Of a stretch of 64,000 nt of DNA, positions 1-11,590 are shown piece by piece (the stretch's first letter is position 1; each line of letters begins with the position of its first letter). This DNA is from Eledone cirrhosa (Eukaryota): assembly GCA_964016885.1 (NCBI GenBank), contig OZ024760.1, positions 27,962,001 to 28,026,000 of the forward strand, in the 5' to 3' direction. The notes under the pieces were generated by a model, which was given only the letters and a program-made list of their open reading frames with translations, was not told where the DNA came from and searched no databases. The translations under genes were made by a program, and so were the position numbers.

Positions 1-445
1 ATTTACGATATTAAATAAATGGAAACTATATTTATAAAACCATATTTATTTCATTATATATATTTCAGGGATATCATATTAACAATATGTTATGCCTTCT
101 TCAGACAAAATACAATATAGACAGTTTTATAGATAAATAGATTTGACATACCGTTCAACATCGACTTGTATTTGAAAAAGTTGATTTTCAAATACAAGTC
201 GATGTTGAACGGTATGTCAAATCTATTTATCTATAAAACTGTCTATATTGTATTTTGTCTGAAGAAGGCATAACATATTGTTAATATGATATCCCTGAAA
301 TATATATAATGAAATAAATATGGTTTTATAAATATAGTTTCCATTTATTTAATATCGTAAATATACTCCAAATACTTGTTGAGTGCTTTTATATCAGTTA
401 TAAATATTTACTAGTTGTAACCCAACAATTTAAATATAACTTTCC

Positions 446-446
<1 letters not shown>
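1..446 (+). mobile_element. Fold-back PLE-type terminus (family A): 178-bp inverted arms plus 3' tail ending at (TA)n
   Basis: 1-178 is the reverse complement of 185-362 around a 6-nt loop (agttga), and the left arm may extend beyond the window. Tail 363-446 (ttgttgagtgc...aactttcc) recurs at 2091-2160, 29230-29310, 34738-34782 and 37570-37645. Confidence 0.8.
251..316 (+). ncRNA. Type I hammerhead ribozyme (mirror copy on - strand at 47-112)
   Basis: Stem I TATTTTGT/ATGAAATA; core CTGAAGA 259-265; stem II AGGcATAaCATATT-gtt-AATATGaTATcCCT; GAAA 297-300; palindromic TATATA; UA cleavage site. Confidence 0.8.
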
Positions 447-487
<41 letters not shown>

Positions 488-575
488 GATTACTGGTTAT
501 ACATACATACATACGCACATACATACATACATGCATATACACATACATAAACACAGACATACACATACATAGACA

Positions 576-623
<48 letters not shown>

Positions 624-1062
624 GTGTAAACAAACAAAGATGGTGAATATATATATATAATAAAGACTTTTGATGTATTGAAGGCTTCTTTGTTTTACTT
701 TCTTAATTCTTCGGCTCTGTTTAACCACATTGAGCTATACCTTTTACTGTCATTTCTATAATACGAAGAGGGTGTTTAACTCCAACACGCTCCAGTATTT
801 TAACCCTTATATATATATATATATATTCACCATCTTTGTTTGTTTACACTCTCGCTGTCCCCTTTATTTACATGTCCCAACGACTTTCTTTAGCCGTTGC
901 TCGCACCAACCGGAGGTATATGGTCTTTAAAGCGAAGAAATACCGATGATGGTTGGAAGATCACTGATGAAGGACCACTTTATTCATATATATATATATA
1001 TATATATATACAAATATAAATTTAGCGAGAATCGCATTTCGGCGGGTAGTATATATGTATAT

Positions 1063-1238
1063 ATAGGAAAAAGTATGACCCCCGACGGCAGAGCTCAAGC
1101 CGTTTCGACGGCTATTTCGAAACGGCTTGAGCTCTGCCGTCGGGGTCATACTTTTTCCTATTACCCACTCTACTACCCTAAGTATTGAGTACTCTGGTGC
1201 GTTATGGTCCATCTGGTTCCTTACCACACCTCCTTCGT
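1063..1238 (+). mobile_element. Fold-back element (family B) carrying the 3' half of a hammerhead plus a GAGTAC tail
   Basis: Arms ataggaaaaagtatgaccccc...gtttcga / tcgaaacggc...tttttcctat. GAAA-CGGC...GCCG-TC is an HHR stem III with GUC site. Related copies at 54097-54275 and tail at 62328-62395. Confidence 0.7.
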
Positions 1239-1250
1239 TATATATATATA

Positions 1251-1436
1251 GGGCGGTGGATTGGCAGTATCGGTAGAGCGTCAGACGCCATGCTTTCCAG
1301 CATAGTTACGTCCCTTTACGATCTGAGTTCAAATCCCGCCGAGGTTGACTTTGCCTTTCATCCTTACGGGGTCGATAAAATAAAGTACCAGTAATGTACT
1401 GGGTAATTGCTGGCCTTGTGCCTAAAGTAGAAACAG
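1251..1436 (+). mobile_element. tRNA-derived SINE with Nin/Deu central domain, full length
   Basis: A-box-like TGGCAGTATCGG and B-box GAGTTCAAATCC. Domain GCCTTTCATCCTTACGGGGTCGATAAAATAAAGTACCAG. About 12 related copies in the window. Confidence 0.85.
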
Positions 1437-1475
<39 letters not shown>

Positions 1476-1521
1476 GGAATACTGTTGGCTTCTTGCTACA
1501 ATACTTTCTATACCTTTCATT

Positions 1522-1580
<59 letters not shown>

Positions 1581-1633
1581 GCCAAGACTGGAATTGAACC
1601 ATCAGCACGGTTGAGGTATGTCAGACATTAATT

Positions 1634-1699
1634 TATTTTATCTGATGAGGACGTACCGAGGAAACACCACAGTACCTCTGAAATATATATAATAAAATA
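1634..1699 (+). ncRNA. Type I hammerhead ribozyme in a family-A-related PLE-type fragment (approx. 1580-1950)
   Basis: Perfect stem I TATTTTAT/ATAAAATA; CTGATGA 1642-1648; stem II GGAcGTAC...GTACcTCT; GAAA TATATA TA. Confidence 0.85.
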
Positions 1700-1730
1700 T
1701 TTGATCACATGAATGTCTATATTTATTAAT

Positions 1731-1915
1731 TGTTTCTACGTTAGGCACAAGGCCAGAAATTAGCCAGTGTATTACTGGTACTATATTTTATCGACCCCGT
1801 AAGGATGAAAGGCAAAGTCAACCTCGGCGGGATTTGAACTCAGATCGTAAAGGGACGTAACTAGGCTGGAAAGCATGGCGTCCGACCCTCTACCGATACT
1901 GCCAATCCACCGCCT
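1731..1915 (-). mobile_element. Nin-domain SINE with 18-bp target site duplication
   Basis: Reverse complement of the 1251 SINE, flanked by atgtctatatttattaat at 1713-1730 and 1916-1933. Confidence 0.9.
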
Positions 1916-1992
1916 ATGTCTATATTTATTAATATTTTGAATTAATATATATATATATATAACCAAATTAAAAGATATTTAATGCGATATTT

Positions 1993-2042
1993 AAAAGATG
2001 CCCCAGCATGGCCTCAGCCGGATGGCTGAAACAGGTAAAAGA

Positions 2043-2044
<2 letters not shown>
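1993..2044 (+). mobile_element. 3' tail fragment of a second SINE family (related decayed copy approx. 6330-6445)
   Basis: gccccagcatggcc...gctgaaacaggtaaaaga resembles gctccagtgtggccgcagt...actgaaagaa near 6408-6442. It is recalled as an octopod SINE tail. Confidence 0.45.
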
Positions 2045-2096
<52 letters not shown>

Positions 2097-2160
2097 AGTG
2101 CTTTATATCAGTTATAAAAATATTTGCTTGTTGTATCCCAACAATTTAAATAGAACTTTT

Positions 2161-2208
<48 letters not shown>

Positions 2209-2220
2209 ATATATATATAT

Positions 2221-2425
2221 TAAGTTATTCCGGGTTGAATCGGAGGTAACCACAGTAAGTAAGGTACTCAATACATAGCAGAAGCAGAGTATAAATGTTT
2301 TAATATAGAAGAGCTTCTACAGGACTAGAACCGTTTCATTCGTGAGAAATCATCAGGAATCTTCCTGGTGATTTCTCACGAATGAAACAGTTCTAGTCCT
2401 GTAGAAGCTCTTCTATATTAAAACA
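2221..2425 (-). mobile_element. Tail plus fold-back element (family C) with hammerhead core at the hairpin apex
   Basis: Arms 2296-2359/2362-2425. Minus strand reads CTGATGA-tTTCtcacGAAt-GAAAC...GTC. Tail reads ttgagtacc... toward (TA)n. Relic copy at 54308-54377. Confidence 0.7.
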
Positions 2426-2858
2426 AATATATATCTATATATATGCACACACATTTATATTTACACACTCACACTCACTGACACACCCACATACACACAC
2501 ACACACACACACGCAGACACACACACACACACACACTATCTATACTTAACATAACTGCTCGCAAAAATATGCATCCATGCATCATTCTTATCAGGTCTAT
2601 CTGATTTACGTGTGTGTGTGTGTGTGTGTGTGTGCGCATGTGTGTGTGTGTTTGTGTGTGTATGTATGTGTGTGTGTGTGTCTATATATTTATGTATATG
2701 TATGCATATATGTACATTTGGATTCACCTAGGTATGTGTGTGTGTTTGTGTGTGTTTGTGTGTGTGTGTGCGTGCATTGTTCGTCAAGTATGAAATATGT
2801 AGAACTTTGTTTTTTTTTCTATAAATTTCTACAAATTTCATACTTAACGACCCAATAC

Positions 2859-2924
<66 letters not shown>

Positions 2925-2927
<3 letters not shown>

Positions 2928-3022
2928 TGTTTCTACTTTTGGCACAAGGCCAGCAATCACCCCAGTACATTACTGGTACTTTATTTTATCGACTGCGTAA
3001 GGATGAAAGGCAAAGTTAACCT
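2925..3022 (-). mobile_element. 5'-truncated Nin-domain SINE
   Basis: Matches the 3' half of the 1251 SINE. Confidence 0.85.
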
Positions 3023-3034
3023 ATTATATATATA

Positions 3035-3796
3035 TATATATAATGAATGGCTATATACTTTTGCATGTGGCGTTTGTATACATACATGTATATATGCATG
3101 TATATATATATATTTCTACGTGTGTCTGTGTAATACGTATGTATGTATGTATGTATACGTATGTATGTGTGTGTATGCATATGTATGTATGTATATGTAT
3201 GTATGTGTATACGTATATATATATATATATATATACGCATACACACACATACATACATATACATACATATATATACATATGTATATATACACATACATAC
3301 ACACGTACGTATACATACATACGTATACACACACAGACACACGTAGAAATATATATATATATATACACATGCATATATACATGTATGTATACAAATACAA
3401 CATGCAAAAGTATATAACCATTCATTATATACACACACACACACACACGTAGAAATATACATATATATATACATATATACATGCATATATACATGTATGT
3501 ATACAAATGCCACATGCAAAAGTATATAACCATTCATTATATACACACACACACACACACACGTAGAAATATACATATATATATATACATATATACATGC
3601 ATATATACATGTATGTATACAAATACCACATGCAAAAGTATATAACCATTCATTATATACACACACACACACACGTAGAAATATACATATATATATATAT
3701 ATACATATATACATGCATATATACATGTATGTATACAAATACCACATGCAAAAGTATATAACCATTCATTATATATACACACACACACACGTAGAA

Positions 3797-3833
<37 letters not shown>

Positions 3834-4295
3834 TACATGCATATATACATGTATGTATACAAATACCACATGCAAAAGTATATAACCATTCATTATACAC
3901 ACACACACACACGTAGAAATATACATATATATATATATATACATATATACATGCATATATACATGTATGTATACAAATACCACATGCAAAAGTATATAAC
4001 CATTCATTATACACACACACACACACACACACACACGTAGAATATACTATATATATTATATATATATATACATATATACATGCATATATACATGTATGTA
4101 TACAAATACCACATGCAAAAGTGTATATAACCATTCATTATACACACACACACACACACGTAGAAATATACATATATATATTATTATATACATATATACA
4201 TGCATATATACATGTATGTATACAAATACCACATGCAAAAGTATATAACCATTCATTATATACACACACACACACGTAGAAATATACATATATAC
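3035..4295. repeat. Approx. 110-125 bp minisatellite (8-9 units, 3335-4295) with one inverted unit at 3035-3128
   Basis: Unit cacgtagaaat...caaataccacatgcaaaagtatataaccattcattata. The reverse complement is at 3035-3128. Confidence 0.85.
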
Positions 4296-4557
4296 ATATA
4301 TATATATATATACATATACACATGTATATATAATAGCGGTATAACTGTCAGCTAGAGAGTGCAAAGGATGCTAAACCGTGTAGAAACTGGTGTGTGTTTA
4401 ATTGGGGACTATAAATAAATGTAAGAAGACCATAAACGGAGATGGGTATATAACTGTTATACATCCTCGTCTCTGTATACACTCGTCGCCTACATCGTCA
4501 CTTCTCGGCTGCCTATACGTTTGCTTGTGTGTGTGTGGGTGCGTCTGTGTGTGTGTT

Positions 4558-4915
<358 letters not shown>

Positions 4916-5115
4916 NNNNNNNNNNNNNNNNNNNNNNNNNNNNNNNNNNNNNNNNNNNNNNNNNNNNNNNNNNNNNNNNNNNNNNNNNNNNNNNNNNNNN
5001 NNNNNNNNNNNNNNNNNNNNNNNNNNNNNNNNNNNNNNNNNNNNNNNNNNNNNNNNNNNNNNNNNNNNNNNNNNNNNNNNNNNNNNNNNNNNNNNNNNNN
5101 NNNNNNNNNNNNNNN
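4916..5115. other. Assembly gap (200 N) following a long (TA)n tract
   Basis: Run of n. Confidence 1.
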
Positions 5116-5158
5116 TTAATTGCTGGCCTTGTGCCAAACAGTAGAAACAAATATATAT

Positions 5159-5235
5159 CAGGGGCGGTGGAAGTATTTCTGAATAGTGTGTGTGTGGGTG
5201 TGGGTGTGGGTGGGTGTGGGTGTGGGTGTGGGTGT

Positions 5236-5283
<48 letters not shown>

Positions 5284-5507
5284 GTGTGCAAATTTGGTCA
5301 ATTTAGTTGTAGTGATTGGTTTAGCCGTTATCAAATATCAACCAAGATAAAAAAAAAAACCCAAAAAACTTCGATATGCGATAAACATAACATGTACATA
5401 AATTGTAGCGTATATATATATACAAATGTGTGTTTTGGTAGTTCGGGGAGAAACATATAAGTATTGGGGAGACTATGCCCCGCCCCCACCGCGTTCCACC
5501 GCCCCTG
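5159..5507. mobile_element. MITE with 14-bp perfect TIRs
   Basis: CAGGGGCGGTGGAA (5159) / TTCCACCGCCCCTG (5494-5507). No clear TSD, so the superfamily is not assigned. Confidence 0.65.
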
Positions 5508-5624
5508 TAGTAAGAAAAATGGAAGGGAAGGAAGATATCTACGGGCCATCACACACCTTCAGCTCCATACCTGTTATTATTGGGGCTACAGGTCATATAC
5601 CAACATGCCTGGAGCAAAGTAAAT

Positions 5625-5735
5625 AGCTGTGTCTACTTTAGGCACAAGGCCAGCAATTACCCCAATGCATGACTGGTACTTTATTTTATCGACCCGACCC
5701 CCGTAAGGATGAAAGGTAAAGTCAACCTCGGCGGG
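5625..5735 (-). mobile_element. 5'-truncated Nin-domain SINE
   Basis: Similarity to the 1251 SINE 3' half. Confidence 0.8.
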
Positions 5736-6235
5736 AGCAAAGTAAATAATACATTCACACATACACAATGCGTACATAACGCATACATGCACACACACAC
5801 ACATATACATGCACACACACACACATATACATGCACACACACACACACATATACATGCATACTTACAGATATATACATGCATACTTACATATATACATAC
5901 ATATACTCACACACACACATGCATACACACATGCATACAGACACACATGCACACACACACACACATGCATACATACATACTCACACATGCATACATACAC
6001 ACTCACACATGCATACATACACACTCACACATGCATACATACACACATACACATACATACACACAAGCAGAGAAATTTAGATGCAGGCAGCAGCTGGTAT
6101 AAGGGTAGGATAGGGGAGAGAGGGGGGTACGAAAGGCAGATAACTGTGGAATGCAAACATACACGTGTTCACACCGCTTTACAAATATCACTTATGTACG
6201 ACAGCTGGCCCACACTGGCAGATACACACACACAC

Positions 6236-6296
<61 letters not shown>

Positions 6297-6445
6297 TGTG
6301 TGTGTTTATGTCCCTTAAAAGTTTCCACAAAACTGATCGATAGAATAAGTATCAGACGTGATCAAAAGAAATACTGCTGTCTATATGATGAACTAAATTA
6401 TTCTGGTGCTCCAGTGTGGCCGCAGTTCACTTACTGAAAGAACGA

Positions 6446-6519
<74 letters not shown>

Positions 6520-6699
6520 AACATGTATGTATGAGAGGGTTTGGCTATTCCAGCGTCTTAGCCTCGTTATCACCCGCGGCAAGGCAATATGTGTAAATTG
6601 GATTGCCTGAAAAACCTTTAGCGCCGAAAACTCCGCCATTACCTATCCTAGCGTCTGCGGATGTCTCATTTTTTTTCCTGACTAAAGTTTATTGATTTA

Positions 6700-6960
6700 T
6701 TTCTTTTGTAAATTATATATATGTTTTGTAAATTGTATTTTGAATATTGTATATATTTTATAAATTCTGTTGTATATCATATTTATTATATAAATTGTAT
6801 TTATTATATAAATTGCATTTTTGTAAATTATTTTTATTATACAAATTGTTTTTTGAAAATCATATTTATTATATAAATTGCATTTTTGTAAATTATATTT
6901 ATTATACAAATTGTTTTTTGAAAATCATATTTATTATATAAATTGTATTTTTGTATGTCA
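6700..6960. repeat. AT-rich approx. 30-bp minisatellite
   Basis: Repeated ttattatataaattgcatttttgtaaattatat-like units. Confidence 0.7.
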
Positions 6961-7178
6961 TATCTAAAACAGGTGTTTTTGTAAACCGTATTTATTTTTT
7001 ATCAACTGTTTTCGCAAATCATACATTTTTGTAAATCGTATTTCTCGGCAATAATATTGGTTTGGCTTAATTGTAAAGATTTTTTTCCCGAGAGTTCCTT
7101 GGCAAACCTTGTGCCTGGTAATGTCCGGAAGAAACATTTTTATTTCTTTGGGAGACTGGGAGCCACACACTACTTTAA

Positions 7179-7399
7179 CCCTTTAGCATTCACATTACTC
7201 TATATATACTATTATATTTTCATGGTAAAAGCTTTACCTCACATAAATATCTCACCTAATATCGAATCTATGAGATTTTGTAAGTGTTTATTTTGAGAAC
7301 AATACCTTAACATCAGTTTGAGCAACCAGTTACAGCCAGTTTCAACAGAAAAAAGGTAGAGAATTCTGGCCGGTTTTGGCCGGTTTGAACATTAAAGGG
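7179..7399. mobile_element. piggyBac-like MITE
   Basis: TTAA|CCCTTTAgcaTTCA ... TGAAcatTAAAGGG|TTAA, i.e. a TTAA TSD with CCC/GGG ends. Confidence 0.7.
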
Positions 7400-7403
7400 T
7401 TAA

Positions 7404-7700
7404 CATCATCATCATCATCCTCAGCTAAAATGGACTCAACAATTGATCTCCACGTGAGTCTGTCGTTCATTGCCGTTGCCAAGTCCTGGATTTCAATACC
7501 TGAATCTCTGGAGATGATATGGGAATAGGAGAGCTTGCGCCCCCTATTATTAGTGACTGCTTGTGGTTTCCAAAGCACTAATGGAGGGACACAGCCTAAG
7601 AGGGGGCACGATTGCAGTGGCCAGCAAATATTACTCTCCTTTACGTACAACAGATACGCGTGGGAGGCCGGCATATATCTCTCTCAAAGTCAGATGTTGC
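7404..7700 (-). mobile_element. RTE-clade LINE 3' end with (GAT)n tail
   Basis: Translation RGRKLSYSHIISRDSGIEIQDLATAMNDRLTWRSIV matches the RTE C-terminal GR...DR..WR pattern and is followed by (GAT)n. Confidence 0.75.
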
Positions 7701-7854
7701 CAGCTTATGTTCTGAATGTGTTGAAGCAGGCGAGTGTAGGTACCATCAAGGTGATAGTGGTAGTAGTAGTAGTAGTAGTAGTGTAGGTGCCATCAAGGTA
7801 CTTTTGTTGTTTGGATGAAAGCTTCCATGTTTCACTTTCCAGTATAATAATAAT

Positions 7855-8870
7855 GAGTTGATATTTCTATGTCAGTAAGGAGGGATGGCGCCTGGGAATC
7901 CAACAGGTTTACAGTAGAAAGTCCACTGACACAGGGACGTGCTTGAAGCCTTGGAATTTAAATTTCACTGCATGAATGCTTGGTGAGAAAATCTTATCTG
8001 CCGTGTTCAATATACAGTTAGGAAAAAACTAACTTGGTTTTCAGTGGCACATAGATAACATCTGCTTCTGCATTTTTATGTCTTTGAATTTGTAACAATA
8101 CTTCATTCCATAGTGGAGTTATTGTCTCTCCTGTTTTTCAAAATCAAGATGTATTTCGAAGCAGGTACCACATCGCACTTATTGCTGAACCTAAGGGAAT
8201 GGGTGTGTCGTGTAAAGGTGTTTTGGTGAATGAGAAATTAGCTTTTGCTCCTCCACGCTCTGCAGATTCCACACCATTCTTTCATTCTATATACTTGATG
8301 TCATATCCAAAAATAATTCCTGGTTTATATTAACATATGTTGAGTACACTGGTGGAGAATATCTGTTGTGTGCTTTAATAATTGCCCAATTTATTTATAA
8401 TCTGTAATTTCTACAGACTGTTTAATAGACGCCACTACTCAACATTTTCCATTTCTTTGAGGGTTCTAAACCCCACTATTTTTACAGAGTGTTTAGTATA
8501 AGAGTGGCGACTTTAATAAACGCCAATACTAATCTTTTTCCATTTCTTTGAGGGTTCTAAACCCCACTATCAGGCTAAAATTTCTTTAGTCAAAGATACG
8601 GTGAAAGGTTCTATTTCTAATTTCAAACTCGCTCGCGGTTTCAAAACATACTTACTTGTAAATACACGTGGTTTTTCTTAATGAATCTTTTTCATTTCTG
8701 CCACAACCAAATCTCATATCTTGCTATTTCTTCTTTAATTTCTCACTCTATTTTATGATGAAAGACAACCGTCCGAAACGTTAAGACACTGTTCCTGTTA
8801 TATCAAGCATAAAACAATATATTTCTTCATTCTACTGTGTCGTTTGCTTTATTTCTGTTAGCCTTTTGCA
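7855..8870 (+). pseudogene. Highly decayed Penelope-like element (RT thumb relic to degenerate hammerhead)
   Basis: gtttacagtagaaagtccactgacacagggacgtgcttg translates to VYSRKSTDTGTCL (cf. PLE VYRKxTxTxxYL). Degenerate HHR aTGATGA-aagac aacc gtcc-GAAACGTTA near 8755-8785, then (TA)n. Confidence 0.5.
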
Positions 8871-9137
8871 TACAGGTATGTATGTATGTATGTATATATA
8901 TATATATAATAATAATAATAATAATAGTTTCTACTTTTGGCACAAGGCCAGCAATTACCCCCAGTGCATTACTGGTACTTTATAATAATAATAATATTTA
9001 TACTCATATATAATCTATATACAATTATAAATAAGGAAGGGTAATATTTTTGTTTTAACGATCGTCAGCAATTAAATGCATTAAACAAAAATGTTATTGT
9101 TTTATATGTTGTGTGATATATATATATATATATATCA

Positions 9138-9194
<57 letters not shown>

Positions 9195-9479
9195 CATATT
9201 TAAAATGCTGGAGAGAACAACAAAGATTAACTTACTCTGCTTTTTACCTTGTGTAAATTTTCAATACCCGAATTACTTGATCGTTTTTTTGGCTATGCGA
9301 ATGATTGTTTAACCATCGTCTCAGTGTGTTTGGCCTTTAACGTTTGTTATAGCTCTGGTTCATCTGAACCATTGAGCACCTTGCCTCACATCTCGGAGGT
9401 TGTTTTTCGTTATTTCGTGGGCCGAAATGCGAATCTCGATAATTTATGTTTTATTATATATATATATATATTATATATA

Positions 9480-9519
<40 letters not shown>

Positions 9520-9520
<1 letters not shown>

Positions 9521-9670
9521 AGTAAAATGACAGAAGGCTGGACTGGTGAAATTCCTTAAAGGTTTATTATAAACACCTATGCACATGGTTTATTATAAAG
9601 GTTTATTATACACCATTTCAATGACCGGGTTCTGCAGGAACCAGGTGACATCATCAGGTGTTACGAAATT
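9520..9670 (-). mobile_element. PLE-type fragment with rearranged hammerhead; same family as hairpin 37192-37282
   Basis: Minus strand aacac-CTGATGA-long stem II-GAAA. aaatgacagaaggctgga...ccttaaagg is shared with 37200-37238. Confidence 0.55.
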
Positions 9671-9795
9671 TTTCTATTAAAGGAATATAATAATGGTAGA
9701 CACAATCCAAGGGGCTGAACAGTAGAGAGAAAGGTTTAAGACCTGAAGGTGGCCAGAGCCAGCAGGTGCCAGCCTGGGCGACCGCCTTCAAGTAA

Positions 9796-9826
<31 letters not shown>

Positions 9827-9832
9827 TATATA

Positions 9833-10112
9833 TATTAAATTACAAATATTAATAAAATAGATGTTCTTTTCATCAATTACATTCTATTATACATATTTCG
9901 GATGTACAACAGTACGTCCTCGTCAGACAAAATATAATGATACATGACATTACCCTGAGATGTTAAATGGTTAAGATTTAATCAAGGTAGTCTTGATTAA
10001 ATCTTAACCATTTAACATCTCAGGGTATGTCATGTATCATTATATTTTGTCTGATGAGGACGTACTGTTTTACATCCTGAAAAGAACATCTATTTTATTA
10101 ATATTTGTAATT

Positions 10113-10113
<1 letters not shown>
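9833..10113. mobile_element. Fold-back element (family A-like) with hammerhead at 9880-9934 (-)
   Basis: Apex gtagt 9987-9991. Minus strand TATTTTGT-CTGACGA-GGAcGTAC tgtt GTACaTCC-GAAA-TATGTA-TA-ATAGAATG. The right arm is deleted after GAAA. Confidence 0.8.
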
Positions 10114-10160
<47 letters not shown>

Positions 10161-10165
<5 letters not shown>

Positions 10166-10498
10166 ACAGGGAGAAAGAGACGATTATTAAGAAGAAAGAT
10201 ATATTGTTTTCCTTTTTTGTTTCTCTCTCTCTTTTTTCTGGTTAGAAATGATTAAAACGAAATGTTTTACTTTGTGTGAAGTGTTAAGGTATTAGTTGAT
10301 TTATTTATATTTACAATGGCATTTATTTATCTATTTATATATTTAATTATAAATATAAATAAAATCAACTAATACCTTAACACTTCACACAAAGTAAAAC
10401 ATTTCGTTTTAATCATTTTCTACCCAGAAAAAGAGACAGAGAAACAAAAAGGAAAAAAAATATATCTTTCTTTTTAATAATCGTCTCTTTCTCCCTGT

Positions 10499-10503
<5 letters not shown>
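10161..10503. mobile_element. Fold-back element (family F), centre-deleted version of 29353-29821
   Basis: Approx. 150-bp imperfect inverted arms tgaaaacagggagaaag... / ...ctttctccctgttttca between (TA)n tracts. Confidence 0.8.
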
Positions 10504-10534
<31 letters not shown>

Positions 10535-10580
10535 AATGAATAATAACAGGTAGACATCATAAAAGGTAGTTTATTCCGTG

Positions 10581-10692
10581 TGCTTACAAGTGTTTCCACG
10601 GTGGTACTGCAGCCTAGTTCCGCTACGTGCAAATTCACAAGTATTTGCAGAACTCGAATATCCAATGCTGTGACCACTGTTTCCTCAGAGCA
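10581..10692 (-). ncRNA. Type I hammerhead with approx. 85-nt extended stem II
   Basis: Stem I TGCT/AGCA; CTGAGGA; stem II ACaGTGGT...ACCACcGT with inner CAGC/GCTG and TGCAAAT/ATTTGCA; GAAA CACTTG TA. Confidence 0.7.
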
Positions 10693-10724
10693 GATGGTAA
10701 ATTACAAAATATATACCTAATATA

Positions 10725-10755
<31 letters not shown>

Positions 10756-10790
10756 AACTCGTGTGCTTCCTCTCCACATTTTATTATTAT

Positions 10791-10825
<35 letters not shown>

Positions 10826-10871
10826 ATGTATGTACCTGTGTATGTATGTACCTGTGTATGTATGTATATTC

Positions 10872-11115
10872 TTCTGGTTTTATAATATCACAACATTTTA
10901 CCAATAGAGAGAGAGTCGGTTTCTAACATGTGTATATGCAGTTATTAGATGCAAATTTTTTGGGAATGTTTTACATATTTTTACTGTTCCATTAATGGAT
11001 TGTACTTGTAATTTCCTAACTAGTTGTGTTCTTTCTGTTTCTGTGAAGCCTCCGCTTCTCAGATTTGTATTGAGGCAGTTACTACATACCCCAGTGCCCC
11101 AATAATCACAGGCAT
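10872..11115 (-). mobile_element. 3' end of R4/Dong-type RLE non-LTR retrotransposon
   Basis: Homologous to 35325-35460 (PVIIGALG...LVRKLQVQSINGTVKICKTF) with frameshifts, plus a 3' UTR ending in (ATAC)n. Confidence 0.75.
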
Positions 11116-11261
11116 CGAAATGTATATATGTATGTATGTTCTTCTGGTTTTATAATTTTATAAAACTTTTAGCAATAGAAAGTCGATTTCTAACATAGAT
11201 ACAAGACTCTTTCATTGGAATTTAGACATCAACAAGGTAGATATGTCTGTCTGCGTGTGTG

Positions 11262-11590
11262 TGGTGTGCAGGTATGATGTTATTGTATGTGTGGATGTGG
11301 ATGTTTTGAGTTACATGCGTGTGCAGGTATGGATGTTATTGTATGCGTGTATGTGTGTTTTGAGTTGTATGTGTGTGTAGGTATGGATGTTATTGTATGT
11401 GTGTATGTGTGTTTTGAGTTGTATGTGTGTGGAGGTATGGATGTTATTGTATGTGTGTATGGATGTTTTGAGTTACATGCGTGTGCAGGTATGGATGTTA
11501 TTGTATGTGTGTATGTGTGTTTTGAGTTGTATGTGTGTGGAGGTATGGATGTTATTGTATGTGTGTATGTGGATGTTTTCAGTTATGTGT
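11262..11590. repeat. 54-bp GT-rich minisatellite (approx. 6 units)
   Basis: Repeated ggtatggatgttattgtatgtgtgtatgtgtgttttgagtt. Confidence 0.85.

Noticed and set aside
1-362. Perfect palindrome as a sequencing fold-back artefact
   Set aside because: Not excluded for this one copy, but homologous and analogous hairpins elsewhere have diverged arms and consistent architecture, favouring a biological origin.
964-985. Isolated CTGATGA cores (also 54941 minus and 59818)
   Set aside because: No stem II/GAAA/stem I partner is visible, so these are at best truncated relics.
1251-1345. tRNA gene
   Set aside because: A/B boxes run directly into the Nin domain and recur about 12 times, so this is a SINE head and not a cloverleaf tRNA.
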